Assembly: GCF_035594765.1 (NCBI RefSeq)
Contig: NC_085846.1
Location: 5,939,190-6,003,189, forward strand
From: Anolis carolinensis
Lineage: Eukaryota
DNA length: 64,000 nucleotides
Direction: 5' to 3'
Each line of letters begins with the position of its first letter. The stretch's first letter is position 1. The notes under the pieces were generated by a model. It saw only the letters and a list, made by a program, of their open reading frames with translations, was not told the DNA's origin and made no database searches. The position numbers were made by a program, and so were the translations under genes. Positions 34,010 to 47,805 of the stretch are shown in pieces.

Positions 34010-34743
34010 GGCATGTACTATTTTTAGACTGGGACATGTAATATTATTAGACTGGGACATGTAATATTATTAGACCAGGACATGTAATATTATTAGACCG
34101 GGACATGTAATATTATTAGACCGGGACATGTAATATTATCAGACCGGGAGATGTAATATTATCAGACTGGGAGATGTAATATTATTAGACCGGGACACGA
34201 AATATTATTAGACCGGGAGATGTTATATTCTTAGATGGGGACATGTAATATTATTAGACTGGGACATGTAATATTATTAGACCGGGACATGTAATATTCT
34301 TAAATGAGGACATGTAATATTATTAGACCGGGACATGTAATATTATTAGACCGGGACAAGTAATATTGTTAGACCGGGATACGTAATATTTTTAGACTTG
34401 AACATGTAATATTAATAGACTGGGACATGTAATATTATTAGCCTGGGACATGTAATATTATTTGACCAGGGCATGTAATATTGTTATACCGGAACATGTA
34501 ATATTATTAGACTTAAGCATGTAATATTATTAGACCAGGACATGTCCTATTATTAAGCTGGGACATGTCATATTATTAGACCGGAACATGTAATATTGTT
34601 AGACTGGGATACGTAATATTTTTAGACTTGGACATGTCATATTATTAGACCAGGACATGTAATATTGTTATACCAGGGCATGTAATATTGTTAGACTGGG
34701 ATACGTAATATTTTTAGACTGGGACATATAATATTATTAGACT
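34010..34743 (+). repeat. 23-bp minisatellite, ~32 copies, between the DNAH2 promoter and first coding exon
   Basis: Unit GGGACATGTAATATTATTAGAC(C/T), head to tail, with no unique spacers. Confidence 0.95.
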
Positions 34744-35098
34744 TTCTTTCCATAAGGAGACTAAAAGTGCCATTACCGATGGGGAAAGGATGATAAAACC
34801 AAGGAAAGAATAATTGTAGATTATTTACCCTTCTGAACAATTTTAGGAAGAAAGTAGCTTGAGGAGATGCCAGGGGATGTATTATTTATTATCTTACTAT
34901 TATATTATTTCACTTGTTTTGCTAGAGCAGACATGGGCAAACTTTGGCCCTCTTCCATGTCTTTTAGTCTCTCATTCCCACAATTCCTACCAGCCTACCG
35001 GAGTTGTGGGGTTGGCTGTGGCAAATTTGGTACTCATTTGTCACCTTATGTGCACCTAACTAATACATATGGCTTCTTGTAGGATCCAGTGGTGAAAG

Positions 35099-35222
35099 AT
35101 GAGCGCTCGGCGGCGTGGTGCTTCTGGCGACAAGAAAGGGCGGCGGAGCCGTGGGCCGACCCCACCTGCGCCGAAGCCTGAGTCTCCCCTGCCAACTTCC
35201 ACCCCCGAAGAAGAAGCCACTG
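35099..35222 (+). CDS. DNAH2: DNAH2 first coding exon (MSARRRGASGDKKGRRSRGPTPPAPKPESPLPTSTPEEEAT)
   Basis: Branch point cctaac, acceptor AG 35081-35082, ATG 35099, donor G|GTATTT. It ends in phase 1, matching the next exon. The N-terminus is poorly conserved, so support is from splice logic. Confidence 0.65.
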
Positions 35223-36150
35223 GTATTTTCACAGAAGTGCTTTTGTAAATTCAGGCTTGGGATCCCAGTCCTTCTGCCACTTCTCAGTTGGCTTTGATCC
35301 CTTGCCCAGGGAGCCCTTGACGCTTTTGACAAGGCTTTTGGCGTGAGAGTGAGCTCTTTTAGATACTGCGTGGGTAGGCTCCCTCCTTATGTAGGGATCT
35401 CTGTTCTTTGTGTTCACCAAAGCGACCCAGATTTGGCCCCATGGGGCTTGATTTTGTGACCTGAGTGACCAAAGGCTAAAGCCGGCCAACGGTGCCCATG
35501 TCAGCTTGTGTTTTGAATGAATTTGTTACCAACAGAATGGAGAAGGCTGAGCTTTTTGAGCATCCCTCCCTTCCCAACCACAGCAAGTCCCGCTCAGCCC
35601 CAAACTGTCGTTTGACATTTCTCACACCTTCAATCAAACCTGCTTTGCTAGGCACAAAGACTAAGGCATGCTTTTAAAAAGAAAGAAAAGGAAGAAAGAA
35701 AGAAAGCCGAGCTCCTTAGAGTGCTGAATTTCATGTCCATTATTAAAGCTTTCATTTTCTGTATGTGTGAATGGTGCGAGCTTAAAAGCACAGGCCTTTT
35801 TATGGGAAGGGTGGCAAGCAGGTGGGTGGTCGCTGGAGAATTTTGAGAAACTACTGCTGAGATGTGGGTTCTTTGTCCTGACACCTTTCTCTGTCTCTCC
35901 GCCAATGAGCGCAGGAGGGACTTAGGCTATCTCTGTCAACTTTGTAGAAAGTCCCTTTATCTTTATCAGCATCTCCATCTCCCCCCCCCCCCCCCCCGCT
36001 TGCACCGTGCTGTCACTGTGTGTTGCATTAAGAAACAATACTGAATGTTCCCCTAGGAGAAGCTAAAACCATTTTCTTTCCATAGGAGGTTGGGTGACAA
36101 AAGGAGATTTAGGAAAACAATTGTATTTACATGTGTTCATTGGACAGAGA

Positions 36151-37592
36151 TTATACTAAATGTCCTTTGGAGTGCCTCTGGTGTTGCTGTAAGAAGGTCC
36201 TCCATTGTGCATATGACAGGGCTCAGCTGCATTGTAGTAAGTGGTCAGTGGTTTGCTCCTCTCCATACTCACATGTTGTAGATTCCACTTCATAGCCCCA
36301 TTTCTTAAGGTTGGCTCTGCATCTCATGGTGCCAGAGCACAGTCTGCTCAGTGCTTTCCAAGTGGCCCAATCTTCTGTGTGCCCAGGAGGGAGTCTCTCA
36401 TCCAGTATCATGGATTGAGGTTTCGGGTTTTAGCCTGCCACATTTGGACTCTCACTTGCTGAGGTGTTTCTGTGAGTATCTCTGTAGATCTCAGGAAGCT
36501 GTTTCTTGATTTAAGGCATTGGCGTGCTGGCTCATATCCAGGCAGAAGATGGACCGAAGATGTCACTGCCTCAGTCCTTTCATTATTGGTGCTACTTCCT
36601 GACAGATGTCAAGTGGCACAATACCGTAGACATCCTGTGATATTGTGGTATGTCTCATTAAAAGACACATCCACTGTTTTAATGTGGTGAGATGTGTTCC
36701 ACACTGGGCATGGATATTCAGCAGCAGAGTAGCCAAGCGCAAGGACAGATGTCTTCACTGCGCCTGGTTGTGAACCCCAGCTTGTGCCACTCAGCTTTCA
36801 TTTGATATTATTTCTAGCACCCACTTTTTGCTTCATAGTCAAGCAATGCTTCTTGTAAGTTAGAGTATGGTCCGGTGTAACTCCCAGGTATTTGGGTGTG
36901 CTGCAATGCTCCAGTGGGATTCCTTTCCAGGTGATCCTCAGAGCTTGAGATGCTTGTCTGATCTTAAGGTGAAAAGCATATGTCTGTGTTTAGATAGATT
37001 AGGAATCAGCTGGTTTTCCCTGTAATAGGCAGTAAGAGCACCTAAAGCTTTGGAGAACTTCTGTTTAACCATTTCAAAGCTTCCTGTTTGAGACGTGATG
37101 GCACAATCATCAGCGTAGATGAAACTCTCAGTCCCTTCTGACAGTGGCTGCTCATTTGTGTAAAAGTTAAACATTGATGGAGTAAGCACGCTCCCCTGAG
37201 GCAGGCCATTCTTCTGTTTTCGCCATCTGCTTCTCTGATCTTGAAACTGAACAAAAAGCTCCTGTTTTGTAGCAGATTTCCTATGACGCGGATGAGGTGG
37301 TAATCCTTTGCGATATTATAAGTTCTTCTCAGGAGAAGATGATGATTTACAGTGTCATAAGCTGCTGACAAGTCTATGAAGACAGCTTCTATAATTTGCT
37401 GCCGTTTAAAACCTTGTTCTATGTGCTGAGTCAAGTTCAAAACTTGTGATGTGCAGGTTTTGCCTTTTCTGAAACCATCTTACTGTGGATTCATACATTT
37501 AATATAATGCCAAGTTTTTAACTTTGTTTGTGTTTTTAAATACATTATAAATGTACTCTCAATTTGCTTCTGACATGATAAATAAATAAATA
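36151..37592 (-). mobile_element. Vingi-type LINE with inverted body and forward 3' tail
   Basis: Minus-strand RT motifs DLSAAYDTVNH and FIYADD; plus-strand tail 37495-37592 ending (TAAA)n. Confidence 0.82.
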
Positions 37593-38939
37593 CTTGCCTG
37601 AGAGGTGTGGGGACACACATGTATGGCAGGGGACTTGCATTGCTATTTGAAGCATGCGCTGTGGATCCAGGATGGCTGCAGCCAACTATTCAGCCCACAG
37701 TTTGTCTCCAGGTCCGGATCCAGTAAGTGATGTGTGTATGGAAGGCTTTCTCAGTTGGCAGGGTGCCTTATCTGGTTGAAGATGATTGTCTTGTAATTTG
37801 CATGAGGATGATGCAGAAACCACATACAATGTCTTCCCTATTATCATAGCTGAAATCCAAATAAACAAATTGGATCTTGGATGACAGTCCCCAGGATCCC
37901 TTAACTCCTCAGCTGGTTTTGGGAAATGTAATTTTAAAAAGCATCAAGATTTCCAGGCTCTAACAGAAACTGACCTGGATGAGTGGAGGCATTTCTATTT
38001 CCAACCCTCCTCTTGCCGGAATGGATTTTGTGCTTCCAGAAGTCTCACTTTCCTCCCTCCTTCCTTCCCTGTGTCTGGACCCCTAGTATTTTCAGTCCTT
38101 TTACATCTGGGGAGGAAAGTGTCACTGTCGACAACTTTGAGCCCTAGACATGTCTCTTAACCAGTCCCGTGAGTTTTCCCCATTGCCTTCCTCCGGCATG
38201 TTACCACAGTAACCCGTCGGGATTTCCAGCGGCAGCTTTTCAAAGCTCCGACTCACTCTCGCATCCTGGCAGTCATTGGTGCCTAATGTAACGTGTACAG
38301 AACCCCTCCACTCCAATCCCATCTGCCACAACAGGCGGGGAAATGACATCCCCTGTCAGGCGGCTGCACGCCGTCTGAATTGGGAAGTACAGGCCTGGTG
38401 AGCACCCCGCAAGCCAAAGCCACAGGAGGGTTTCATTTCAGCAAAGTGCAGGGGGTTTGATTATGGAACAAGGAGTGTGAGAGGGGAGGGGAGATGAAAG
38501 GAGGCAGAACAGGAGAAATCTGACTGCTAGCATTTGGGTGTAAGCACTAGAACACCCCCCTGAAGTTTCATATTCAGGGTAGGGGGGGGCAGTCTCCCAT
38601 ATTGGCCTGTTGTTCTGTCTGTCCGTTTTGTTTTGTGTATGTATGTGAGAGAGAAAGAGGGAAGAGTGTTTTGCATGCTGACTTATTTACTTATATCATA
38701 GCTCACTTGTTTTGAGGGACTAAGAAAGGGAGGAAGCCCAGCTGGTGAGCAGTTCAGCACTTTAAATGCTGATTAAAATCTCACATGATCAGAATGGAAT
38801 AGGACGGGAAGTCCGCACAAAAGATAACTACAACTCAGGAGGATTTTTAAAATGGTTTTTAAAATGCAGATGCTGTTTGTTCTACTGAAGAAATCAAGAT
38901 TACTTCCAGCAGCTGTAGGGATCTGGGAAAAGGGGTCAT

Positions 38940-38940
38940 A

Positions 38941-38983
<43 letters not shown>

Positions 38984-38984
38984 A
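38940..38984 (+). repeat. (TAAA)n microsatellite
   Basis: Perfect tetranucleotide run. Confidence 0.9.
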
Positions 38985-40059
38985 ACAACTTTATTTATAT
39001 ACCTATCTCCCCGAGGGAACTCAGTCAAGAAAGTGATGGTGATCCATCAGGCCAGTGAAAGGGGCTCTTTTCTTCCAGATCAGGATGATGTGCTGCTTGT
39101 AATCATGCCTCACTATGGTGTAAGGTGGAATAGGTGAGTGCTATTGAGTTCAGTTGCAAGACCCATTTATAGTTTCCTGCTGCCTCATCACATTAGAGGA
39201 TGAATCCACTTTAAATCCGGTTTCTGCCTCCTGCAGAATTCTGGAGTTTGTAGTTTGGTGAGGCCCAGGACCTGTCTAGCTAAGCAGTTTACAGCCCCCT
39301 CCCTAAAGTAGATTTAAAGTGGATCCAAGCTTTAGTGTGATGAGATCCCTGGGGCTTCCAGTTCCCCAGGGCTCCCAACAGTGTGGCTTGCTTGTAGTTT
39401 CCCAAAGCTCCCAGTTTCCAAGGGCTCCCAGCAATGAGGCCTGCTTGCAGTTTCCCAGGGCTCCCAATTTGACAGGGCTCATATCTGTGAGACCTGATTA
39501 CCATTTCCTAGGCATCAGTTGCACACCTCTGAGCACAATCCTCTGTTTACTAGAGAACAGGACATGTGGGCAAGAGCTTGTGCTGCTTCAGTCTTCTCTA
39601 GCAGGAGGAACTAGAGAATTAGTGGAAGACGGAGCTCTTCTTCCTTGGTCTCAAATGCTTGAAGTGGACTCCTGGTCCCCTTTCAAACCTTGCAGAAGAA
39701 ACCATGGACTGGTTCAAGAAGTGGGCTGGAATTAACTGCTAAAATTACACCTGGAATTGTGTTTCCAGTTTGAGGTAGTACAGTTGAAGAAGGGTGATGA
39801 GCCTGGCTGTCCCAGGAAGGACAACCAAAGTGGAAACTAAGGATCTGGAAAGGAAATTCACCCCTGAAAGAGTTATCATGTGGAAAAGGTGTCTCTACTG
39901 AAGGGTTATCACCAATCCTTATTTCCACAACAAGCCAAATTTTTCAAGATCCAATTGTCACAGAGATAGAAAGTGAGGTGAAATCTTCTGAACAGGGGCA
40001 CAGGCAGCAAACAAACACTGCAGGGGTGTTAAGCCTTCCCTATGCTATCCAGAGCTTGT

Positions 40060-40060
40060 G

Positions 40061-40110
<50 letters not shown>
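40060..40110 (+). repeat. (GATA)n microsatellite
   Basis: Perfect tetranucleotide run. Confidence 0.95.
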
Positions 40111-43100
40111 TTGGTTGGAGTTACATTTAAAATGTATTTGTTCCAACTTACATACAAATTCACCTTAAGAACAAACCTACAGAAGCTATCTTGTTTGTAA
40201 CTTGGGAAGGAGGTCAGATAGAAAAAGAATACAGTACTCAGAAGTGGTGGCCTGTGAACCAAAGCTGGCTCCAAGCCATTGGCTGTTGGCCCCAGCAAGT
40301 CTCCACAAAAGAAAGAAGTAGTTGTAGTCAGGGGGCACAAATATGATACCAGTCCCTGGCACATGGGGGGATTGCTACCCCTCCCCATTAGCTAGCTTAA
40401 GATATTCTGAGGTAGAAGATGAAATTTTCTGCTGCTCTCTGGAGACTAGACCATTATTAATATTGCAAGAAAAGATTTGCTACATGAACATTAGAAAAAA
40501 CAACAACATCTTGACAGTAGAAGTTGTAGAGAATGGAGTAGAAGGTCTCAGAGGCTGGTGGACTTTCCATCTTAGGAGGCTTTTAACTAGAGGTGGGATG
40601 GCCATGCGGAGTGCTTTTACTGTGAATTCCCACATGCCAGGGGTTGAAATAGATAGCTTTGGTGTCCTTTTCAAACCAATGATTCTAGGGATTGAAAGTT
40701 GGGTGCTGTGTTAAGAGTGTCCCTACTGTTTCTGACCCCAACACCAGCACCAAAGAGTGAGCAGGAGGAGGCCTTTCATCCCTTTGCTGCTGTTTCTCTT
40801 TTTCGGCAGGATATTTGGAAGGTCCCTGCTCTTTGCACTCCTTTGTGCCTCAGAAGATTCTCTGTCTGGCCCCATGTGAGAGGCATCTGGTTTTATTGCC
40901 CAGGAGAACTTGGGGGAACAAAACCAGCTCCTCAAAGCTTCTAAGGACCAATCTGGACCTGATCGGGACAGTTTGAGGCTGCACATTGTCTCTATGTGTT
41001 TTGGGACAGTGTCTTATTGTTGTCACATAAGAGCTTTGCCTCTGGTTACGTTCCTCTGGGCTGCTTGGGCTGGTGGAGTTGCCTGAGGGCTGTGCTGGAA
41101 TAGATGCTGTATAAAAAGGGAGGTGTGATTTATTTTCTTTCACTGCTGCACACACTTTGGGTGGTAAAATGACAGCCCCCTTGAACATGAATGGAACAGA
41201 CACTCTGCCTATCCCTGAGCGGAGAGTTGGAAGCAGTACACACAGCCAAAAAGGGGCAACATGGCAGCCTCCCCATCTCCTCTTCATCTGATGGGGCTCA
41301 TATCAGCAACAGAAGGAAGGCTGGTGGCGAGCGGGAGAAAGACAGAAGGGAGGAAGGGACCTTGTCTGTCATACAACAATAGCAGGTGACCACCGTCAGA
41401 TGGCCGAGAGGAGGAGAAGGATAACAGGACGGTTTCCATCTCCCCAAGCTGCATTTAGTGAATAATCGAGATTTTGGCTCATATAAAAAAAGCTCTGTGT
41501 ATGCTGAGCTACATAAAAAGGAGGCCTTTTATGGCAAATGCCAGTTAAGATGGATTTGCAGCTTCCTGGGGTGACCTTCTGGAGAGGGTTGGCTTTGCAA
41601 GTCTGGGCTGAAGATGCCTTTCTCGTTCTAAGAGTTGAAGCAGATGTTGAGGGTCAACTCCAGATCAAGATGGCAGACCTGAGGATGTGAGACAGAGATG
41701 GATCTCTATGGCCATCCAGACATAATTGGACAGCCACTCTCATCACACTTCACATAGCCTGTACTGGCCAAGACTGGTCGACCCCAAACACCTCATCCTT
41801 TGCTCAAGCCGTAGTGTAAGCTTTCTGCCTTCCCATCACAACAAACCAGCGAGCCATAAGGTCTAATGCAGCTAGTCTTCCACAGTCGTCCTGAAGGGGA
41901 GATGTGTCTTATTCTATCTCACTCTTTGCTGGCTGAGTCTGAGCTTTCTGGAGCAGAAGCCCCTTTTCTATGTGGCTTGACTGTATTGACCTGGTTTCCC
42001 AAATGGTGAGAGCCAGCAATAATTTCGTCCTTGATGCTTTTTGAGTAATTTTTATCTTGTGGGTGATAACCTCTGCACTTTGCTGATAAAGGTGGCGCTG
42101 CCCAGGGCATAGCTAAAAGGGGGATTTGGGGTGCTATTGAGGGCAACACAGGGTGGGTCAAGGCCAGTTAGAGCCCCCTAAGGCTCCTACATTTTATACT
42201 TCATATTTAAGAATGTTTTAATGGCTATGGGTGGGAAAAGTAACTTGCCCTCCCATTGCAAGTATCTGCAAGTGCAACCTACCTGCCAATGTTGAGCCCT
42301 CCCCACCTGAAAAAGAATACCAGGGTCCCTGTCTGCAGATGTTGTTAAACTATCAATTTGATGGCTGTGTAATATACATGAACATTGTTTTCCACACATC
42401 TGAAGAGTAACAGGTTGAAAGATACTGGGCTCATTCAAGAGAATGTTCTGGTTTCTGCCCTATTTGGATTTTTTTGCCTCTGGCCCTGAAACGTCTCTGG
42501 CCGGCCAGCCTGCCTGCCTGCCTGCCTCCCCTTCTCAACAAGGTCTCCTTTGCCGTCTCAGTAAAAGAAAGGTGGGGGATAGCGATGGTGGAATAAACCC
42601 TTCTCAAACTGCCGCTTTCAATAAGTATTACACGTTTTAGTGCATGACAACTTCTGACACACAAGCAGGTTTATGGGGAAATTAATTGTAATTTGGTTTG
42701 ACAACTCCAAATGTTCCGAAAAAGAGCTAGATGCAGCCTCTTAAAATGTACAAGGTTATGAGAAAAATTAAAAATACCTTTTGGGCTCTTTTGATTTGCC
42801 AGTTAGGATCTGTGTTGAGTCATAGTTTCAAAAAGACACACAGACATCCAAAGGGGAAAAATGATTTCCGCCATTAAAAAAGAGAGTTCATAATTTCCTT
42901 GAATCTCGGCGAGGAATTGTAGTTTGGTGAGGCACCAGCATTCTTTGGCAGTAAAGCTTTTGTAAAACTATAACTTCCTGGATCCCATAGCAGTGAGCCA
43001 GCAATGAAAGTGGTGTGAAACTGCATTAATTCTACAGTATTGATTTCCCAAATACATTTTCCATCCCGACTGCACACAGAATAGCTGTACTTTTTGTAGA

Positions 43101-43625
43101 AACATCTTTCCTTTTTATCTGCCCTGGAACTCCCACCATTCAGCTTCAACTCTGATTTCTAGCAATAGATGAAGGCGATATCGAATGAATACACTCTTTT
43201 TTTAAAGCTTCAATTTTGAAAAAAAAATCATTTCACAGCTGAAAACGACACAGGTGGCCAAGCATCATCAGAGGGATTAGTATTACTGAGGAAGAACACA
43301 TAGAGCAGGAGAGGATGCAGCAGTTTGCGTTTGACTGAATCTGCTGGGAAGGACAAGGATCTTCTCTCTGATGAATGAATTGAGTGCAAACATTTTTGTG
43401 CTTTATTGAACTATGCTGAAGTGCAAACAGGAGAGGGAAGCCAAGGCATTTTAAATGCAGTTGAAAAAAGTGGGACAGCAGAGGACTGATTAGGTCTGTC
43501 CTGTCAAATATGGAGAGCAGGAGGGTTTGCTACTTCCTTGCTGGGCCTTTCTTGAGGTCCTGCCTGAAATATCCCGCCTGTCCATCCTAGAACTTCAGAT
43601 CAGGGTGGTTGGTGCCTTCTAGATG

Positions 43626-45070
43626 CCTTCTTGGAAAACGGGAGAAGTCCCAGCAGATTGGAGGAGGGTGAATGTGGTCCCTATCTTCAAGAAGGGAAAA
43701 AAGAACGACCCAAACAATTACCGTCCAGTCAGCCTCACATCGATACCAGGCAAAATTCTGGAAAAGATCATTAAGGAAGCGGTCTGCAAACACTTAGAAA
43801 CAGATGCAGTCATTGCTAATAGTCAACACGGATTTACCAAAAACGAGTCATGCCAGACTAATCTGATCTCTTTTTTCAATAGAGTTACGAGTTGGGTCGA
43901 TACAGGGAACGTTGTGGATGTAGCCTACCTGGATTTCAGTAAGGCCTTCAACAAAGTCCCCCACGACCTTCTGGCAAACAAACTAGTAAACTGTGGGCTA
44001 GACAAAACTACGGTTAGGTGGATCTGTAATTGGCTAAGCGAACGAACCCAAAGGGTGCTCACCAATGCGTTGTCTTCATCATGGAAAGAAGTGACAAGTG
44101 GAGTGCCGCAGGGCTCCGTCCTGGGCCCGGTTCTGTTCAACATCTTTATTAACGACTTAGACGAAGGGTTAGAAGGCACGATCATCAAGTTTTCAGACGA
44201 CACCAAACTGGGAGGGATAGCCAACACCCCAGAAGACAGGAGCAGAATTCAAAATGATCTTGACAGACTAGAGAAATGGGCCGAAACTAACAAAATGAAG
44301 TTCAACAGGGACAAATGCAAGATACTTCACTTCGGCAGAAAAAATGAAATGCAAAGATACAGAATGGAGGACGCCTGGCTCGACAGCAGGACTTGTGAAA
44401 AAGACCTTGGAGTCCTCGTGGACAACAAGTTAAACATGAGCCAACAATGTGATGTGGCTGCTAAGAAAGCCAACAGGATTTTGGCCTGCATCAATAGGGG
44501 AATAGCGTCTAGATCCAGGGAAGTCATGCTCCCCCTCTATTCTGCCTTGGTCAGACCACACCTGGAATACTGCGTCCAATTCTGGGCACCGCAGTTGAAG
44601 GGAAATGTTGACAAGCTGGTAGGTGTCCAGAAGAGGGCAACTAAAATGATCAAGAGTCTGGAGAACAAGCCCTATGAGGAGAGGCTTAAAGAACTGGGCA
44701 TGTTTAGCCTGCAGAAGAGAAGGCTGAGAGGAGATATGATAGCCATGTACAAATATGTGAGGGGAAGTCATAGGGAGGAGGGAGCAAGCTTGTTTTCTGC
44801 TACCCTGGAGACTAGGACGCGGAATAATGGCTTAAAACTACAGGAAAGGAGATTCCACCTGAACATCAGGAAGAACTTCCTCACTGAGAAGGGCTGTTCA
44901 GCAGTGGAACTCTCTGCCCTGGAGTGTGGTGGAGGCTCTTTCTTTGGAGGCTTTTAAGCAGAGGCTGGATGGCCATCTGTCGGGGGTGCTTTGAATGCGA
45001 TTTCCTGCTTCTTGGCAGGGAGTTGGACTGGATGGCCCATGAGGTCTCATCCAACTCTATGATTCTATGA
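43626..45070 (+). mobile_element. young 5'-truncated CR1 LINE (ORF2 RT region) in a DNAH2 intron
   Basis: 444-aa open frame with NYRPVSLTS, YLDFSKAF, GVPQGSVLGP, FSDDTKL; (ATTCTATG)n tail; TSD TTCTAGATG. Confidence 0.95.
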
Positions 45071-47713
45071 TTCTAGATGGAGCACAAAGAACCTGAGGTG
45101 GACTCCTGATGGATACTTTCCCATTGCAAGGTAGCCCATGACTCTAAATATGCAAAACCTGAGGTGTGGGTTCTGCTGGATTTAGTTGGATTGTTTCATG
45201 TATGTGCAGATTGCTGCCACACTTGGTGATAGCCTACCCCACTGTGTGTTTTGAGCCACAAATCTAGATAGCCTTTCAAGCAGCTTTAAGACATCATCAC
45301 ACAGCCCAAGCTGAGGAGATGGTTTGTTTTCCACTTCTCACTGGAGGCTGTGGTTTAGAGGGCAACGTGGGCCCTTAAAGATTTTGTGTGCGCATAAGCG
45401 TGAGATCTGTTTTGTTGGGTTGTCCATAGTACGTTCTCGTTCCCTAGATGCCAAGGAGACAGTCTGCCCTTGAGTAAAAGTTGAACCCCTGCTCCCACAC
45501 GTTTCTGCATTGCGGGTTAGTGAAATTACTCCAAAGCCGAAATAGAGCAATGAATTAATCTCCACTGTTGTGTGAAAAACAGATTACTGATTCAAACAAA
45601 GAGGGCGGGAGGGTTTCAAACGAGACATGAATGGTCACTGGGGCCACAGAAGCTGTGACAGGCATCTATTTTAAAGCTGAAAAAGCTATAGGAGGCCTGC
45701 ATCTCCATCCGAAATGACCGTCTCCTGTAAATTTAGAATTTGGATTGAATGCATGATGCAACTGCTGGACATCCAGCTCAGTATTGTTCATATCCATCTC
45801 AGCAGCCTCCAGAGTCATTGGACTGCAGTGCCTGTTGATGGTGACCAGGAATAGCTTCACCCAGCTAAGATATGTGTGCCAATTGCAACTATTCTTAGAG
45901 ACATAACATCTGGCTAGGGTGACATATGCCTTTGTGACACCCCGTTTGGATTACTGAAAGAAGTTTCACGTGGAGCATACCTTGACAAATGCTTTAAGAG
46001 CTGCACCAAAAAGCCAAAGCCAGATTGTTCACTGGGGCTATCTAAGGGAGCATCCAGGCCCCTTGTCACAATGACTCCACTGGCAAATACTCCATTTCCA
46101 GACATAGTACAACATGGTGATTATAACTTGCAAAGCTCTGTGCAGTTCAGGTATTCTCCATATAAACATGCCCATGAATGGTGATCTTCTGGCAGTCCCT
46201 TCTATCCTCCATCCAATGGGAACATGGGACACAGGGCCTTCTTCACGGTAGCTTTCAGATTGTAGAACTCCCTTCCTAGAAATGCCAGGCTTGTTTTGTG
46301 TTGGGGGCCAGTTGCTGTTTTGTAATGTTCTGTATTGTCTATATTTATTGGTTTTTTAATGGGTGTGCATTTAGCTGCTTTGAACTCTATTGTTAGTTTA
46401 ATTTTATTTTACGTTTTATATGAGGCACATCTTTCCTGTTTTTTATTTTAGTTTATGTAAACCACCTTGAGTTCTATTTGATTAAAAGTAGAAAACATTG
46501 CTTTGAGGTGGCTTTATAAAACTGCCCCGATGAAGCAGATCCTCATCAAAGGCTTGTCTGGAAGGCCCCTTGCTTTACCAGGATGGCCCTGACAAGCCAT
46601 GCAGTCCAAGCAGCCGTAAGGCTTGTGTGTGAATAATGCAGCCCGTGGTTCGGGAAGATGGCATTCATAAGCTACCCATGGCTTTGGAAAGTAGGTGTCT
46701 CAAGGTGCAGTACTTCAATGTCCCAGACCTGATGTTGGGAGGGGCAAAATATCTCGGCCTTAGCTTGCCTGCACTCTAGCAGGTATTTATGGGATTTGGA
46801 TGGGGTGTTAAGAGCCGCAGAGACATTTCTGGAGCTATAAAAATGAAGATGACCTGAGAAAATTACCCTTTCCTCTGCAAGTGATGATCGAATCCTGATG
46901 ATGCACCTGAGATTGTGCCTGTGCCTGTTGCGCCAGAGATAGCAGAATGCATTTCTTTCCGGTGTGGTGGTTTTCCTTGGCAGGTCTCCTGCTTATGATT
47001 GAATCCCCCCTCCTTTTACTTTCTGTCGGGGTGTAAGACATTGCTGCAGATGACGTGGAAAGGGGAAGAGCTGTACCCTTTACAATTGGCTAAGACATCT
47101 TTCCAGGTATGCCTTTGCTTAAGACCAGGCAGCTGGATAATAATGCAAAATGAGCAGAGCTGGATCAAACCGAAGACCTATCGGAGGGTGGACAAAACCA
47201 CTTAGAGCTCCTAACGCTCCAGGCCTTTAAAAAATGGGAGAACCACCCACAAGCATGCCTGGAAAGAGATTAAGCATATATTCAATGCTTGCTTAAAATA
47301 CCAAAAGACTTCCAGAAGTACTTATGCAAAATAGACTTCTGTGTGCTTCCAGCTTGCGGCCACAACTGGTTTTTGTCCAAAAATATGCTAATGTAGTCAT
47401 TTGCCCAAAACTCTGAGCAATTTTTCACCTCAACCCATTCACCATACTGGTTTGGAGATAATAAATTGATCTGGGATAGGTGGCCTATCTCCAAGAGGCA
47501 GTGGAATATGTATTAGACCCTTTTGAAGCCTTTGATTCGGTTGGTATTGTCCTGAACGAATGCAAGGTACAAACAAGGCTTATGAGAGGGATAAGCACCT
47601 GCATAACACCTTTTGCATCTGTACAACATTTTTGTCCAGGACTATTGCTTGGCAGATGCCCCTATCCTTGGTCCACTTCTGATGTGTGTTCCTTGCCTTT
47701 TGCCCTTTCTTAG

Positions 47714-47805
47714 AAGATGTTCCTCCAGAACCAGTGGAAGAGAAGGAGGATATTGAGGAGGAGGTCATTAATCTTTGCAGCCCAGAAGAACACGAGATAG
47801 ATTTG
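47714..47805 (+). CDS. DNAH2: DNAH2 coding exon 2 (EDVPPEPVEEKEDIEEEVINLCSPEEHEIDL)
   Basis: Acceptor ctttctTAG, donor TTG|GTAAGT; phase 1 in, phase 0 out; acidic segment like the mammalian DNAH2 N-terminus. Confidence 0.75.

Noticed and set aside
34010-34743. CRISPR-like regular array
   Set aside because: Units are head to tail with no unique spacers, no cas genes are present, and the context is eukaryotic.
43623-44957. 444-aa RT ORF as a domesticated gene or active element
   Set aside because: It is a 5'-truncated CR1 with no endonuclease, an altered FSDD motif, a 3' frameshift, and a normal tail and TSD.
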